A stretch of DNA of 62,583 nt, counting the filler, from Globobulimina sp. (lineage: Eukaryota), in assembly GCA_003354225.1 (NCBI GenBank). It is 24 parts of 24 records of this genome, joined end to end, with 100 filler letters (N's around TTAATTAATTAA, not from the genome) between each part and the next. Parts side by side here need not be neighbours in the genome. Positions count along the whole stretch, not along the records: positions 60,074 to 62,583 come from PIVH01006257.1; 23 more parts are not named here. One strand, written 5' to 3'. Numbering within the stretch: the stretch's first letter is position 1; each line of letters starts with the position of its first letter. Shown here piece by piece: positions 62,287-62,583 of the stretch. Below the pieces are notes generated by a model. That model did not search any database. It saw only the letters and a list, made by a program, of their open reading frames with translations, and was not told the DNA's origin. The translations under genes were made by a program, and so were the position numbers.

Positions 62287-62514
62287 GCAAATAAATAATT
62301 GTTACGCTTTATTAAGCTATTTATTGTTTTAATTTATAGTTTCGATTTATTTCACTACACCGATGAAAAGTGAAAAGTGTCTGTTGCGATAAAAATGGGG
62401 GCGTATCAAAACATTTTTGGGTACCCCATGTTTTGCCTCTCAAACAAAACAATATCAACTTCCACTGTTTTTCTCTGAAAAAACAAATAGACAAACAATA
62501 TTTTTATGTAAACA

Positions 62515-62583
62515 CAGTTGACTTTTTAGGCTTAAACTTCTAAACACTTCTTTTGTGATTGGCAAGGTTTTTGGGTTAGCTAG
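62515..62583. repeat. Terminal copy of foldback/MITE family A
   Basis: Identical to 41632-41695; begins CAGTTGAC. Confidence 0.9.

Overview
This window is not one locus. It is 24 unrelated contigs of about 2.51 kb (2514 to 2510 bp, sorted by decreasing length), joined by artificial 100-bp spacers (N44-TTAATTAATTAA-N44). The DNA is AT-rich and eukaryotic, uses the standard genetic code and has short GT-AG introns (mostly about 50-110 nt). The gene-family mix (many orphan 7TM proteins, PT-stalk surface proteins, SAM/SPRY, F-box-like/LRR, ankyrin) suggests a rhizarian protist, probably a foraminiferan; this is inference, not a database result. Recognisable genes: CTL/SLC44 choline transporter-like, CHMP5/Vps60, glucosidase II beta, ABCC/MRP transporter, aldehyde dehydrogenase, PXMP4, a divergent actin-related protein, an SR splicing factor and a C2H2 zinc finger. 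Most interesting: (1) an intron-containing V8/glutamyl-endopeptidase-like protease with a Cys insert fused to RCC1 repeats; (2) an inverted-repeat-bounded element with two ~73-nt tandem arrays, flanked by hairpin repeats and an RRM ORF; (3) a bacterial secB fragment joined to a host gene; (4) a tRNA-like cloverleaf with a collapsed anticodon loop; (5) two small inverted-repeat families at several contig ends; (6) head-to-head genes about 50 bp apart. All calls are by-eye motif recognition.
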